The notes beneath the pieces were generated by a model. The model did not search any database. It had not been told where the DNA came from and saw only the letters and a list, made by a program, of their open reading frames with translations. Positions 1-9,178 of a stretch of 62,430 nucleotides of DNA are shown piece by piece. A program made the translations under genes and the position numbers. Location: NCBI GenBank assembly GCA_030643545.1, contig DAOWLE010000005.1, positions 1 to 62,430 of the forward strand, in the 5' to 3' direction. Positions within the stretch are counted from its first letter, which is position 1, and each line of letters opens with the position of its first letter. Source of the DNA: a bacterium (GTDB lineage Bacteria > Patescibacteriota > Minisyncoccia > JAHIHE01 > DAOWLE01).

Positions 1-2
1 AA

Positions 3-374
3 AATATCTTTCTAAATTTTAAGTCATTTGTCCCGGTTATTCTTTGGGCTGGCTTAATATTTTTTTTCTCTCATCAGCCCGGTTTGAATTCCGGACTTCC
101 TAATTTCTGGGATTTTATTTTGCGCAAATTAGCTCATATCTTTGAGTATATTGTTTTAACATTTTTGCTCATTCGTAATTTAGAAGAGTGCAATTTAGAA
201 TTTAAAAAAGCGCTTATTTTGTCTGCTGTTTTAGCAATGTCTTATGCCGTTTTTGATGAATATCACCAAACATTTATCGCAGCGCGGCAAGGAAAAATTT
301 CAGATATTGGAATTGACAGTCTGGGAATAATTATAATTAGCTGGTTAGCTTGGCAACGAAATAGAAATAAATAA
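3..374 (+). CDS. VanZ-like membrane protein (5' end probably off-window)
   Basis: Track ORF 84..374 begins at TTG, but the frame stays open back to nt 3 (..ILWAGLIFFFSHQPG..). Hydrophobic helices plus an FDEYHQ..R....DIGID block typical of VanZ family. Confidence 0.5.
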   Translation, partial: NIFLNFKSFVPVILWAGLIFFFSHQPGLNSGLPNFWDFILRKLAHIFEYIVLTFLLIRNLEECNLEFKKALILSAVLAMSYAVFDEYHQTFIAARQGKISDIGIDSLGIIIISWLAWQRNRNK

Positions 375-386
375 AAAATCAATAAA

Positions 387-1931
387 TCACAATCTCGGAA
401 AAAGTAAGCTTTCTTTTTTAATCTCAATATCTGTTGGCAGTTTTCCCCATTTTTTTATTTCTTCAAAACTTTTTTCTTTTTGAAGTTTTTCTTTTTCAAT
501 TTTTAAAATTCCTAATTGTTCAAAAATTTTATCGGCGGTTTCTGGCATAAACGGCAAAACCATCCAAGCAATCTGGCGGAGAGATTCCAAAAGATTGTAA
601 ATTACTTCAATTTTTTTCTTTTCATCTTTTATTTCCCACGGTTTTTCTTTTTCAATATATTTATCGCAAAAACTAATAAATTTCCAAACAATATTCAAAA
701 CCTCGTTTAATTTAAGTTTTTCAAAATTTTCTTCATAATCATCCCACGATTCTTTAATAATTTTATTCAGCTTTAAGTTCTCGCCCGCATCGCTACGCGA
801 AGCGTTGCGGACGGGTTGATTTTCAACTTTGTTCGCCAAAGTTACAACTCTTGAAACTAAATTCCCAATCCCATTCGCCAAATCAGCGTTGTATTTTTCA
901 ATTAATTTTTCCCACGAAATATCTCCGTCCCTGCCAAAAGAACAAATTGACAATAAAAGATAGCGGGTTCCGTCAACGCCGAATTTTTTAATCATCTCTT
1001 CCGGATAAATTACATTGCCTAATGACTTGCTCATTTTTTTGCCGTCAATAGTAAAAAAACCATGAATGAAAAGTTTTTTCGGCAAAGGCAAATTCAAAGC
1101 CATAAGGATAACTGGCCAAATAGTTGCGTGGACGCGCAAAATATCTTTTGACATTAAATGAATATCGGTTGGCCATCGTTTTGGAATATTTTTCAAATTT
1201 CCGTCCCAACCAAGCCCGGTCAGATAATTTAAAAAAGCGTCCACCCAAACATAAGCAGTATGATTTTTATCAAAAGGGAGCGGAATGCCCCACTTTATTT
1301 TTTTTCTTGAAATCGCCAGATCGCGCAAATTTTCTTTTTTCAAAAAACTTAAAATCTCATTCTTGCGCTCTGCCGGCTCTATTTTAAATTCATCGCTTTC
1401 AATTTTTTTCAATAAGTCCTTTTGAAATTTGGAAAGTTTAAAAAAATAACATTCTTCAGTTAAAAATTCCGGCTCTTTCTGATGATCAGGGCATTTGCCA
1501 TCAACTAAATCGCTTTCAGTTTTAAATTGCTCACAGCCAACACAGTAAAGCCCTTTGTATTCGCCTTTGTAAATATATTTTTTTTCATAAAGCGCCTGTA
1601 AAACTTTCTGAACTGCGGCAATATGTTTTTTGTCGGTTGTCCGAATAAAATTATTATAGGAAATATTCAAGCAATCCCATGTCATTTGAAACTCAGCGGC
1701 GATTTCATCGCAGAATTCTTTCGGACTTTTATTTTCCTTTTCCGCCGCCTGGACAATTTTCGCGCCGTGTTCGTCAGTTCCTGTCAGAAAAAAAACATCC
1801 TTGCCCTGAATGCGATGAAAGCGCGCCAAAACATCAGCGGCAACCGTTGTATAAGCGCTGCCAATATGCGGTTTTGCGTTAGCGTAATAAACCGGCGTGG
1901 TAATATAGAATTTCTTTTGCTTTGATTTCAT
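387..1931 (-). CDS. metG: methionyl-tRNA synthetase
   Basis: 514 aa. Class I signatures PHIGSAYT (HIGH-type) and KMSKSLGN. N-terminus YITTPVYYANAKPHIG is MetRS-like. Confidence 0.95.
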   Translation of the reverse strand: MKSKQKKFYITTPVYYANAKPHIGSAYTTVAADVLARFHRIQGKDVFFLTGTDEHGAKIVQAAEKENKSPKEFCDEIAAEFQMTWDCLNISYNNFIRTTDKKHIAAVQKVLQALYEKKYIYKGEYKGLYCVGCEQFKTESDLVDGKCPDHQKEPEFLTEECYFFKLSKFQKDLLKKIESDEFKIEPAERKNEILSFLKKENLRDLAISRKKIKWGIPLPFDKNHTAYVWVDAFLNYLTGLGWDGNLKNIPKRWPTDIHLMSKDILRVHATIWPVILMALNLPLPKKLFIHGFFTIDGKKMSKSLGNVIYPEEMIKKFGVDGTRYLLLSICSFGRDGDISWEKLIEKYNADLANGIGNLVSRVVTLANKVENQPVRNASRSDAGENLKLNKIIKESWDDYEENFEKLKLNEVLNIVWKFISFCDKYIEKEKPWEIKDEKKKIEVIYNLLESLRQIAWMVLPFMPETADKIFEQLGILKIEKEKLQKEKSFEEIKKWGKLPTDIEIKKESLLFPRL

Positions 1932-2524
1932 ATTTTTACATCAACTACCAAAGAATGCGTATGATTTTGGGGAAAAATTTCTTTTATTTTTTCATCGCCG
2001 TATTCCCTTTTAATAATTTCCCTTAACTCAAATTCATATTCTGATCCGACAAAAGAGGAAATACTTTTATGCTCTTCAATCACAAAAAATTTCTCAACTA
2101 AAATATTAATCGTTTTCCAGCTGTATCCCGCCAGCGGCTGGACATAATGAACATCAAATTTGTCTTCAAAACTTCTGATTTCTGAAATGGAAAGAACCGG
2201 AACTTTATCATCTCTTCTGACTCCATCAGAAATTATTTTTGAATTTTTCGCAACTTCCTCTAATGTTTTTTGATGAATATATTTTATTCCATTATTTGGA
2301 AAACCGTCTTTTACTGTCTGATCGGCGGCCTGCTTTAAAATTTCTTCATCCAATTTTAAAATTTTAAAAGGAAAATTTAATTTTTTGGCGACCTCTTCCG
2401 CTTTTTCCCAATTTGAAAGAAGCCCGAAGCTTGTTGTTATCAGCTCAACATCAAAAAAATCCGACAACATTTTTGCCGTTAAACAAGAATCTTTTCCTCC
2501 GCTAAATAAAACAGACGCTTTCAT
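1928..2524 (-). CDS. PP-loop (adenine nucleotide alpha-hydrolase) family ATPase
   Basis: N-terminal SGGKDS PP-loop. 198 aa. Stop overlaps the metG start by 4 nt (operon). Confidence 0.6.
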   Translation of the reverse strand: MKASVLFSGGKDSCLTAKMLSDFFDVELITTSFGLLSNWEKAEEVAKKLNFPFKILKLDEEILKQAADQTVKDGFPNNGIKYIHQKTLEEVAKNSKIISDGVRRDDKVPVLSISEIRSFEDKFDVHYVQPLAGYSWKTINILVEKFFVIEEHKSISSFVGSEYEFELREIIKREYGDEKIKEIFPQNHTHSLVVDVKI

Positions 2525-2594
2525 ATTTTTATTATACCACTTTGACTTGACAAAATCCAGTTATTGTGCTATTTTAACATATTGTGAAAAAAAT

Positions 2595-3725
2595 ATGAAA
2601 ATCGCAATGATTGGACAAAAAGGAATACCAGCTTCTTATGGCGGCGTGGAACGCCACACAGAAGAATTGGCCGTAAGATTAGCCGAAAAAGGACATCGGG
2701 TTTTTGTTTATGCCCGCAATTATTATGTTCCTAAAGAAATTTCTGAATTTAAAAAGATTAAAATTATCAAAATTTCGACTATTCAGTCAAAAAATTTAGA
2801 CGCTATTTGCCATAGTTTTTTATCTTCTTTGGATGTTTTAAGGCGCGATATTGGCATCATCCATTATCAGGGAATCGGCCCGTCTTCTCTTCTTTTGATT
2901 CCTAAAATTTTAAAGCGAAAAGCGAAAATTGTGGTGACTTTTCACACTCGGGATTATCTTAATCCAAAATGGGGATGGTTTGCCAAATTTTATTTGAAGT
3001 TAAGCGAAAAAATAATGATCCGTTTTGCCGACCAGATTATTGTTGTTTCCGAAAATTTGAAAGATTATTGCCAGACAAAATATCAAAAAAAGGTTTGTTA
3101 TATCCCGAATGGAATTTCCCTGCCTATTGAAAATTCTTCTGAAAAAACAGCTGATAATTTTTCTCTTGAAAAAGATAATTATATTTTAACCGTCAGTCGA
3201 TTGGTTGAGCAAAAAGGAATTCATTTTTTGATTGAGGCGTATAATTCAATTTGCCAGAAAAAAATATTGGAAAAAATTCCGCCATTGGTTATTGTCGGTG
3301 GCGCGGTTTATACTAATAATTATTTTAAAAAATTAAAAAAAACAGCCGGTGATAATCCGAAAATTATTTTTTTGGGTTTTCAACAGGGCAAAGAACTTCA
3401 GGGATTATTTTCCAATTGCCTTTTCTTTGTTAATCCTTCGGTTCTTGAAGGACTATCAATCGCTTTGCTTGAAGCGATGAGTTATGGCAAATGCGTTTTA
3501 GTCAGCGATATTCCGGAAAATTTAGAAGCGGTAAATAATGAAGCAGAAAAATATGGAACGGCTTTTGAAAATAAAAATGCCGCGGATTTGGCAAAAAAAA
3601 TAGAATTTTTATTAAGCAATCCTGAATTGATAAAAGAAAAAGGCAAGCAAGCGCAGGATTATGTTTTGAAAAAATATAACTGGGACGAAATTACTTCAAA
3701 AACAATTGAAGTTTATAAGAATTAA
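2595..3725 (+). CDS. GT4-family (GT-B) glycosyltransferase
   Basis: MKIAMIGQKGIPASYGGVERH start and C-terminal PSVLEGLSIALLEAMSYG block. Start moved from 2385 to in-frame ATG 2595 because the upstream part overlaps the PP-loop gene on the other strand. Confidence 0.8.
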   Translation: MKIAMIGQKGIPASYGGVERHTEELAVRLAEKGHRVFVYARNYYVPKEISEFKKIKIIKISTIQSKNLDAICHSFLSSLDVLRRDIGIIHYQGIGPSSLLLIPKILKRKAKIVVTFHTRDYLNPKWGWFAKFYLKLSEKIMIRFADQIIVVSENLKDYCQTKYQKKVCYIPNGISLPIENSSEKTADNFSLEKDNYILTVSRLVEQKGIHFLIEAYNSICQKKILEKIPPLVIVGGAVYTNNYFKKLKKTAGDNPKIIFLGFQQGKELQGLFSNCLFFVNPSVLEGLSIALLEAMSYGKCVLVSDIPENLEAVNNEAEKYGTAFENKNAADLAKKIEFLLSNPELIKEKGKQAQDYVLKKYNWDEITSKTIEVYKN

Positions 3726-3874
3726 ATAAAATACTTTAAAGTTTTTTAGACAACCTTGTTTATTTAATTAAGTATATGCTCCGAAGCTATGCATAAGATT
3801 TCAATTTAATTCTATAAAGAAAATAGAATTTTAGAAATTTTAAAATTGGAATTAGAAAAGTGAAGGAGTATAAT

Positions 3875-3914
3875 AAAAATAGTTCTATAGACTAGTCTAT
3901 AGAACTATTTTTTT
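3875..3914. terminator. bidirectional hairpin terminator
   Basis: Perfect palindrome ATAGTTCTATAGACT|AGTCTATAGAACTAT flanked by an A-run and a T-run, between convergent genes. Confidence 0.6.
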
Positions 3915-3959
3915 GTTGGAAAATTGGAAGGAAGAAAAATTTGTTTGTCTATTGGTTAT

Positions 3960-4664
3960 TCATGTTCGACGATTTACTAAATTTTCTTGATGTGTTCTTA
4001 TCATTTGTTCAGAATAATTATTCCAATTAAAATCTTCAAAAACATTTTTAATAAGTTCAAATCCAACTAATAATGGATTTAAAGATATCTCCTCTTTTTC
4101 AAAATCTTTTCTTGCAATAATTTTATCAATATGACAAATATATTCACTATTAAAACGAAATATTCTATTGCTAAATAATGCTTCTAATTCTCTACCTTCA
4201 GTTTTATTTATTTCAATTGTTAGCACGCCACCTTTAATGTCTATATTTTCAATTATATTTTTAATGAATAATACTATTTCTGTAAATCTATATATTACAC
4301 TTAAAAAATCTAAATATTTACCAACTTCTATTTTTACTCCATTTATGTTACCAATAGTATCTTCATATAAAGCAAACTTTGCTAAAAACTGACCACTTTG
4401 ATAAAAACGAAAAACCTCATAAAATTTTTCTTGAGCAGTATAAAATTCTATAGCATTACCAATAGAATAAGGTCTTTTAGTTTCATCTGAGTCTTGTATC
4501 GGTATATGAGGAAAATTCCAACCGCGAAGACTAACTTGTGATGTTCTTAATATTTCATTTAAATTTTTTTTAGGAATTAAATTTCCATTATAAATATTAG
4601 GCTCAAAAATAACTTTTATATTACCTATACTATCAATTGTTTTTTTTACTTCTTTTATATCCAT
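3960..4664 (-). CDS. hypothetical protein (partner of AlbA_2-like gene)
   Basis: 234-aa ORF, 9 nt downstream of and co-directional with 4674..5324. No motif recognised. Confidence 0.5.
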   Translation of the reverse strand: MDIKEVKKTIDSIGNIKVIFEPNIYNGNLIPKKNLNEILRTSQVSLRGWNFPHIPIQDSDETKRPYSIGNAIEFYTAQEKFYEVFRFYQSGQFLAKFALYEDTIGNINGVKIEVGKYLDFLSVIYRFTEIVLFIKNIIENIDIKGGVLTIEINKTEGRELEALFSNRIFRFNSEYICHIDKIIARKDFEKEEISLNPLLVGFELIKNVFEDFNWNNYSEQMIRTHQENLVNRRT

Positions 4665-4673
4665 AAAAATATA

Positions 4674-5324
4674 TTAAAAATTTTCTCTTTCTTTTTTAAA
4701 AAATGATTTATTTTTTGTTGATTTTTCTGTGTCATGTTTCCATCCTCTATTATGTAAATTTATTATTTGCTTATCAATAGCTCTTTCTAAAAAATCTTGA
4801 ATATCTATTGGGTTTGTTAATTTAACGGACGATGGCTTGTCTTTAAGTGTCCTAATATAAATTGCACCCTCTTCAAGAATTCTATGATTATCTTCTCCAC
4901 TTTTTTTATAATCTCCATTTTTTCTACAAATCAGTGGATTTAAAATAAATTCTGTTACAGCTATCAATACTATGTTTTTTTCCTCCTTTTTTACTTCATA
5001 TTTTCCAATACCAATTTCGTAGTTAACTGGTGAGCTTGAAAAAGATTCAATTTTTGATTTTAAATCTTCTAATTTTGATTTAAAGATAATGAGATGTTTT
5101 TCTTCTATTCCATTAAAACTAAAAGTTTTATTTGTGTCTTCTTTAATACCAATAACAACATAACCGCCACTTCTTGTGTTTGACATAGCTAAAATCGCAC
5201 GTATTAATCTCTCTCTTGCCCATACATTTTCTACAAAATCAAAACTTGCTTTAAATTCAAGGTTTAAATTTTCAGAATTCCCTTCAAGTATTTGTTTAAT
5301 GGAATTTTTGTTTATTTCTTTCAT
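4674..5324 (-). CDS. AlbA_2 / Schlafen-like (divergent AAA) domain protein
   Basis: NLNLEFKASFD....RERLIRAILAMSNTRSGGYVVIGIKED matches the E-F-K ... A-x-x-N-T-x-GG-x-x-x-G pattern I associate with the AlbA_2 domain. Confidence 0.6.
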   Translation of the reverse strand: MKEINKNSIKQILEGNSENLNLEFKASFDFVENVWARERLIRAILAMSNTRSGGYVVIGIKEDTNKTFSFNGIEEKHLIIFKSKLEDLKSKIESFSSSPVNYEIGIGKYEVKKEEKNIVLIAVTEFILNPLICRKNGDYKKSGEDNHRILEEGAIYIRTLKDKPSSVKLTNPIDIQDFLERAIDKQIINLHNRGWKHDTEKSTKNKSFFKKERENF

Positions 5325-5475
5325 ATTTAATTTATTTTATTATAAATACTCTTTCAACGAGAACGAATTTGTAACCTGTTTCTTTTTATTTTGAAATATC
5401 ATAAATATTATTTGCTTGAGAAACGTTAAAAACTATTTACGAAATAGTTTCTGCAAAAAAAATCATCCTCTTTCA

Positions 5476-6270
5476 TTAAATAATAACCGTCATTTTTTCA
5501 TACAGCATTGGCAAGCAATCCTGTCTCATGCGAAATTTAGTTCCATGATTATGACCTGTGCGAGCATCAAAATCCACGAGTATTTTTCCTTCTTCCAATG
5601 CTTCTAAAAATCCATCAAAGCTAAATTTTTGCAACATCATTACTTTTGTGTAATGATAAAATTCTTTTTTACGCCTAACTTCTACTTCAGCTTGCACATA
5701 AAAAGTATTGAGCAACTTTGTTCCAGCTTTATGTTCCAAATCGTTAAAACCCCAATAAGGTTGTGGACTAAGTTCGCCAAGTCCAATATTCTTTTTTACA
5801 AATTTCAGCCAGTCCTTATGTTTTAAATTAACGCTTTTTGAATCAAATGAAATTAAAATTTTCTTTTCCTTGCGATTAACCACAACTTTAAATCCGCGAT
5901 CACTTCTTGAATTGCCATGGATTGTCTGGCGAAAACTCATTTCTCCTTTTGGGTATTTCTTACCGTCTTCTTGGTGAGCCCAGCCGTATAAAGGAAGTAA
6001 AATTTGTGGAACGAAACGAACTGCACGTGGTGACGGCTCCATATGAAAAAGGGTTGTAAGAGATGTTGAATTTAAACGTTGCGCTTTTAATTCCCATTCG
6101 GCGGCGTTTGGAATTGGCAAATTATTTTCTTCAATACCGAGTAAATCTTCTAATGTATTGCCAATTCCGCCATGATTGCCTTTTCGCGCGTTTGGAATAA
6201 ATCCCATGGCAGAAATTTTTTTAAGTTTAGCTATTAAAGCCGGTTTTGTATAAATAGTTGGTTTTACCAT
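5476..6270 (-). CDS. MvaI/BcnI-like type II restriction endonuclease (copy 1)
   Basis: GGIGNTLEDLLGIEENN..P...EWELK...LTTLFHMEP and C-terminal HNHGTKFRM blocks, as recalled for MvaI/BcnI. Starts 2 nt after the MTase 6273..7019. Confidence 0.7.
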   Translation of the reverse strand: MVKPTIYTKPALIAKLKKISAMGFIPNARKGNHGGIGNTLEDLLGIEENNLPIPNAAEWELKAQRLNSTSLTTLFHMEPSPRAVRFVPQILLPLYGWAHQEDGKKYPKGEMSFRQTIHGNSRSDRGFKVVVNRKEKKILISFDSKSVNLKHKDWLKFVKKNIGLGELSPQPYWGFNDLEHKAGTKLLNTFYVQAEVEVRRKKEFYHYTKVMMLQKFSFDGFLEALEEGKILVDFDARTGHNHGTKFRMRQDCLPMLYEKMTVII

Positions 6271-6272
6271 AT

Positions 6273-7019
6273 TTAAAATAGTTTAATTTGTGCTTGATGA
6301 ATTTTGATTCTTTTTTCTGCTGATTTACAATATTTCGGTGAGATGTCAATTCCAATATAATTCCTTTTAAAATTTATTGCCGAGATTGCCGTTGTCCCAG
6401 AACCCATAAACGGGTCTAAAATAACTTTGGCATTTGTTGCAGAAATAATCCTGTCAATTAAATTTACTGGAAAAGGAGCAGGATGTCCATTTTTCATTTC
6501 CTGCGGTATTTCCCAAATATCGCCATAAGCGTTTGCTTTTTTAGCAAGTTTGAATTTCGGTTTAGCAATAAGGTAGATAACTTCGTAAGTCGGCAAAAAA
6601 TAACCAGCGTTAAAATTTAGTCCGCCAGCGCGTTTCCAAATAATAATTTGCCGGACCGGAAAACTATTAATAATATCTTGGCGATCTTGCAATAAGCCGC
6701 CTTGAACGCGCCATTTATGATTATAAAAAATCGCTCCCTCATCCGGTATCAGTCGCATCATTTCAGTTAAGCAATCTCTTTGCCATTTCACATACTCATT
6801 ATGTGGCATATTGTCGTTGTAATGCGAATAACCTTTTTGTAAAGCAGCGTTTGCCCATTTACCACCTCGTCCGTCTTTCATTCCGTTACCAGTAGAATTT
6901 TTAAGATTATATGGCGGTGATGTAACGACCAAGTCAACCGAGCCGTCCGGTATTTTTTTCATTGCGTCAATTGCGTCCTCACAAATGATTTTGTTTATAA
7001 ATTTAGCGATATCTTTCAT
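6273..7019 (-). CDS. beta-order DNA amino-methyltransferase (probably N4-cytosine)
   Basis: Motif IV VVTSPPYN near the N-terminus and motif I DPFMGSGTT near the C-terminus. 248 aa. Confidence 0.85.
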   Translation of the reverse strand: MKDIAKFINKIICEDAIDAMKKIPDGSVDLVVTSPPYNLKNSTGNGMKDGRGGKWANAALQKGYSHYNDNMPHNEYVKWQRDCLTEMMRLIPDEGAIFYNHKWRVQGGLLQDRQDIINSFPVRQIIIWKRAGGLNFNAGYFLPTYEVIYLIAKPKFKLAKKANAYGDIWEIPQEMKNGHPAPFPVNLIDRIISATNAKVILDPFMGSGTTAISAINFKRNYIGIDISPKYCKSAEKRIKIHQAQIKLF

Positions 7020-7130
7020 AGATTAATTATAGCGTAAATATATATTTTAACAAATAGCTTTCGCAGTTTTGTTATTTAGAACGAGACAAATTCCGCGATT
7101 ATTTCAAATAATAAATTCCATTAATTTTTA

Positions 7131-7150
7131 GAAGCATAATGAAGCATAAT
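7131..7150. repeat. perfect tandem decamer GAAGCATAAT x2 in divergent R-M control region
   Basis: Read directly at 7131-7140 and 7141-7150, within the 293-bp intergenic region between the two divergent MTase genes. Confidence 0.9.
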
Positions 7151-7312
7151 TTCGATCTTTACAATTTTTGTTCCAATCTTTTCTTGAATTCTTAGAGATC
7201 TTGTTATGTGAAAAAGTCATTTTTGGACTTTCTATTTATTTTCTAATATGTTATAATTATTATAGCATGTGGATAAATAGAGTCAAGAGGATTAAATTTA
7301 ATTTTAACTATT

Positions 7313-9178
7313 ATGCTTACAAAAAAACAAAAACAGGTTTTGGATTTTATAAGGATATACGGAAGCAAAAAAAAATATGCTCCCTCTCTTGATGAGATAA
7401 GAAAGCATTTTAAACTTGCCTCTGTTTCTACCGCTCATTATTATGTTAAAAAACTTCAAGAAGTCGGACGCTTAAAAAAAGAATATAATCAACCCCGATC
7501 AATTTCTCTAACCAAGGAAAAAGAAACAGTTGAAGTTCCTATTGTCGGAGCAATTGCCGCCGGACAACCGATAGAAGCAATAGAAGTTTCCGATGAGACC
7601 ATTGCGGTAACCAAAAATGAAATTGGCAAATCCGGCAATCATTATGCTTTGCGCGTTCAGGGGAACAGCATGATTGATGAAGGAATTTTTGACGGCGATA
7701 TTGTTGTAATTAAACAACAGCCGACAGCTGATAATGGACAAACAATAGTAGCTATTATTAATAACAACGAAGCAACATTAAAAAAAATCTATCGCGAAAA
7801 AGACAGATTTAGATTACAGCCCGCCAACCCGTCTCTTTTTCCAATCTATACAAAAGAATTAGAAGTAAGAGGAATTGTCGTAAAAATTATTAGAAATTTT
7901 GAAAGACAAATTGAAAGGGAAAAAGCGTCAGACCGTAAATTACAGAGAAGAATTGATTATTCGTGGGATTTTAACGGCGCCAAAACAAAACCATACACTC
8001 ACGGCCTGCATACTTATCCGGCGATGTTTATTCCTCAAGTAGCGCGAAGATTGCTTTTAACATATAGTCAAAAAGGAGACACTATTTGTGATATTTTCTG
8101 CGGATCAGGAACCGCTTTAATTGAAAGCAAATTATTAAATCGCAATTCTTATGGAATTGATTTGAATCCGTTGGCAATATTTTTAGCAAAAGTTAAGACA
8201 ACGCCGATAAATCCGCAATTACTTTCAAAAGAATATATTAAACTTTTAACGAGAATTAATAAAATTAAAAATGTTGAAACAGAAAAACCTCAATTTAAAA
8301 ATCTTGATTTTTGGTTCAAAGATAAAGTAATCATAGAATTGGCTAAAATTAAAAAAGCGATCAAAGAAATTAAAAATAAAAATATTCAAAATTTCTTTTT
8401 AGTTGCTTTTAGTGAAACTGTTCGAAAATCATCTAATACAAAAAACGGAGAGTTCAAATTAGTAAGAATTAAAAAAGAAAAATTAGAAAAATATAATCCA
8501 AATGTATTAGAAATTTTTAAGCGGAAGGCGGAAGCAAACATAAAAGGAATGGAGGAATTTTACCAAAATGCTGATAAAAAATCTTGGACTAAAATTATAC
8601 TTGGAGATTCTTCAAAAAATAATGGCATTAAAGAAAACTCAATAGATTATATTATTACTTCGCCTCCTTATGGAGACAGCAGGACAACCGTTGCCTACGG
8701 ACAATTTTCCCGCCTTTCCGCGCAATGGATAGATATTTTTGATAATCCGGATAATGCCTCTGGAGTAGATAATAAATTGCTTGGCGGCAAAGCAACAAAA
8801 GATTTAATTCATTCTCTTTCTTCAAATTATCTTTTAGAATCGCTAAAAAAAATTGCCAGAAAAGACGAAAAGAGAGCAAAAGATGTTTTAAGCTTTTACC
8901 TTGGACTTAATAGCTGTTTAGCGCGCGCATATAAGATGCTTAAACCTAAAAAATATTTCTGTGTTGTTATAGGCAATCGCCTTGTAAAACAAGTAAGGAT
9001 ACCGACTGACTTTATCATTGCTGAATTAGCTCAAAAAATAGGATTTACTTGCGAAGATATATTTGTTAGGAATATTCCAGGCAAAAGAATGCCAATTAAA
9101 AATTCACCAACAAATATCGCTGGTGAATCAGAAGAAACAATGACAAAAGAAAGTATAGTAATACTTAGAAAGAATTAA
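7313..9178 (+). CDS. LexA repressor fused in frame to an alpha-order DNA amino-methyltransferase
   Basis: aa 1-196 are a complete LexA (wHTH, Ala83-Gly84 in IAAGQP, Ser119 in QGNSM, Lys157 in ATLKK). aa ~215-621 are an MTase with motif I FCGSGT (262-267) and motif IV TSPPY (449-453). No stop between the two halves. Confidence 0.8.
   Translation: MLTKKQKQVLDFIRIYGSKKKYAPSLDEIRKHFKLASVSTAHYYVKKLQEVGRLKKEYNQPRSISLTKEKETVEVPIVGAIAAGQPIEAIEVSDETIAVTKNEIGKSGNHYALRVQGNSMIDEGIFDGDIVVIKQQPTADNGQTIVAIINNNEATLKKIYREKDRFRLQPANPSLFPIYTKELEVRGIVVKIIRNFERQIEREKASDRKLQRRIDYSWDFNGAKTKPYTHGLHTYPAMFIPQVARRLLLTYSQKGDTICDIFCGSGTALIESKLLNRNSYGIDLNPLAIFLAKVKTTPINPQLLSKEYIKLLTRINKIKNVETEKPQFKNLDFWFKDKVIIELAKIKKAIKEIKNKNIQNFFLVAFSETVRKSSNTKNGEFKLVRIKKEKLEKYNPNVLEIFKRKAEANIKGMEEFYQNADKKSWTKIILGDSSKNNGIKENSIDYIITSPPYGDSRTTVAYGQFSRLSAQWIDIFDNPDNASGVDNKLLGGKATKDLIHSLSSNYLLESLKKIARKDEKRAKDVLSFYLGLNSCLARAYKMLKPKKYFCVVIGNRLVKQVRIPTDFIIAELAQKIGFTCEDIFVRNIPGKRMPIKNSPTNIAGESEETMTKESIVILRKN

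Noticed and set aside
387-389. Alternative genetic code (UGA recoding as in some CPR lineages)
   Set aside because: TGA terminates metG here, and long ORFs are intact under the standard code, so there is no need for recoding.
2385-2594. N-terminal 70 codons of track ORF 2385..3725
   Set aside because: This part overlaps the oppositely oriented PP-loop gene and has no glycosyltransferase similarity. The conserved GT4 N-terminus starts at in-frame ATG 2595.
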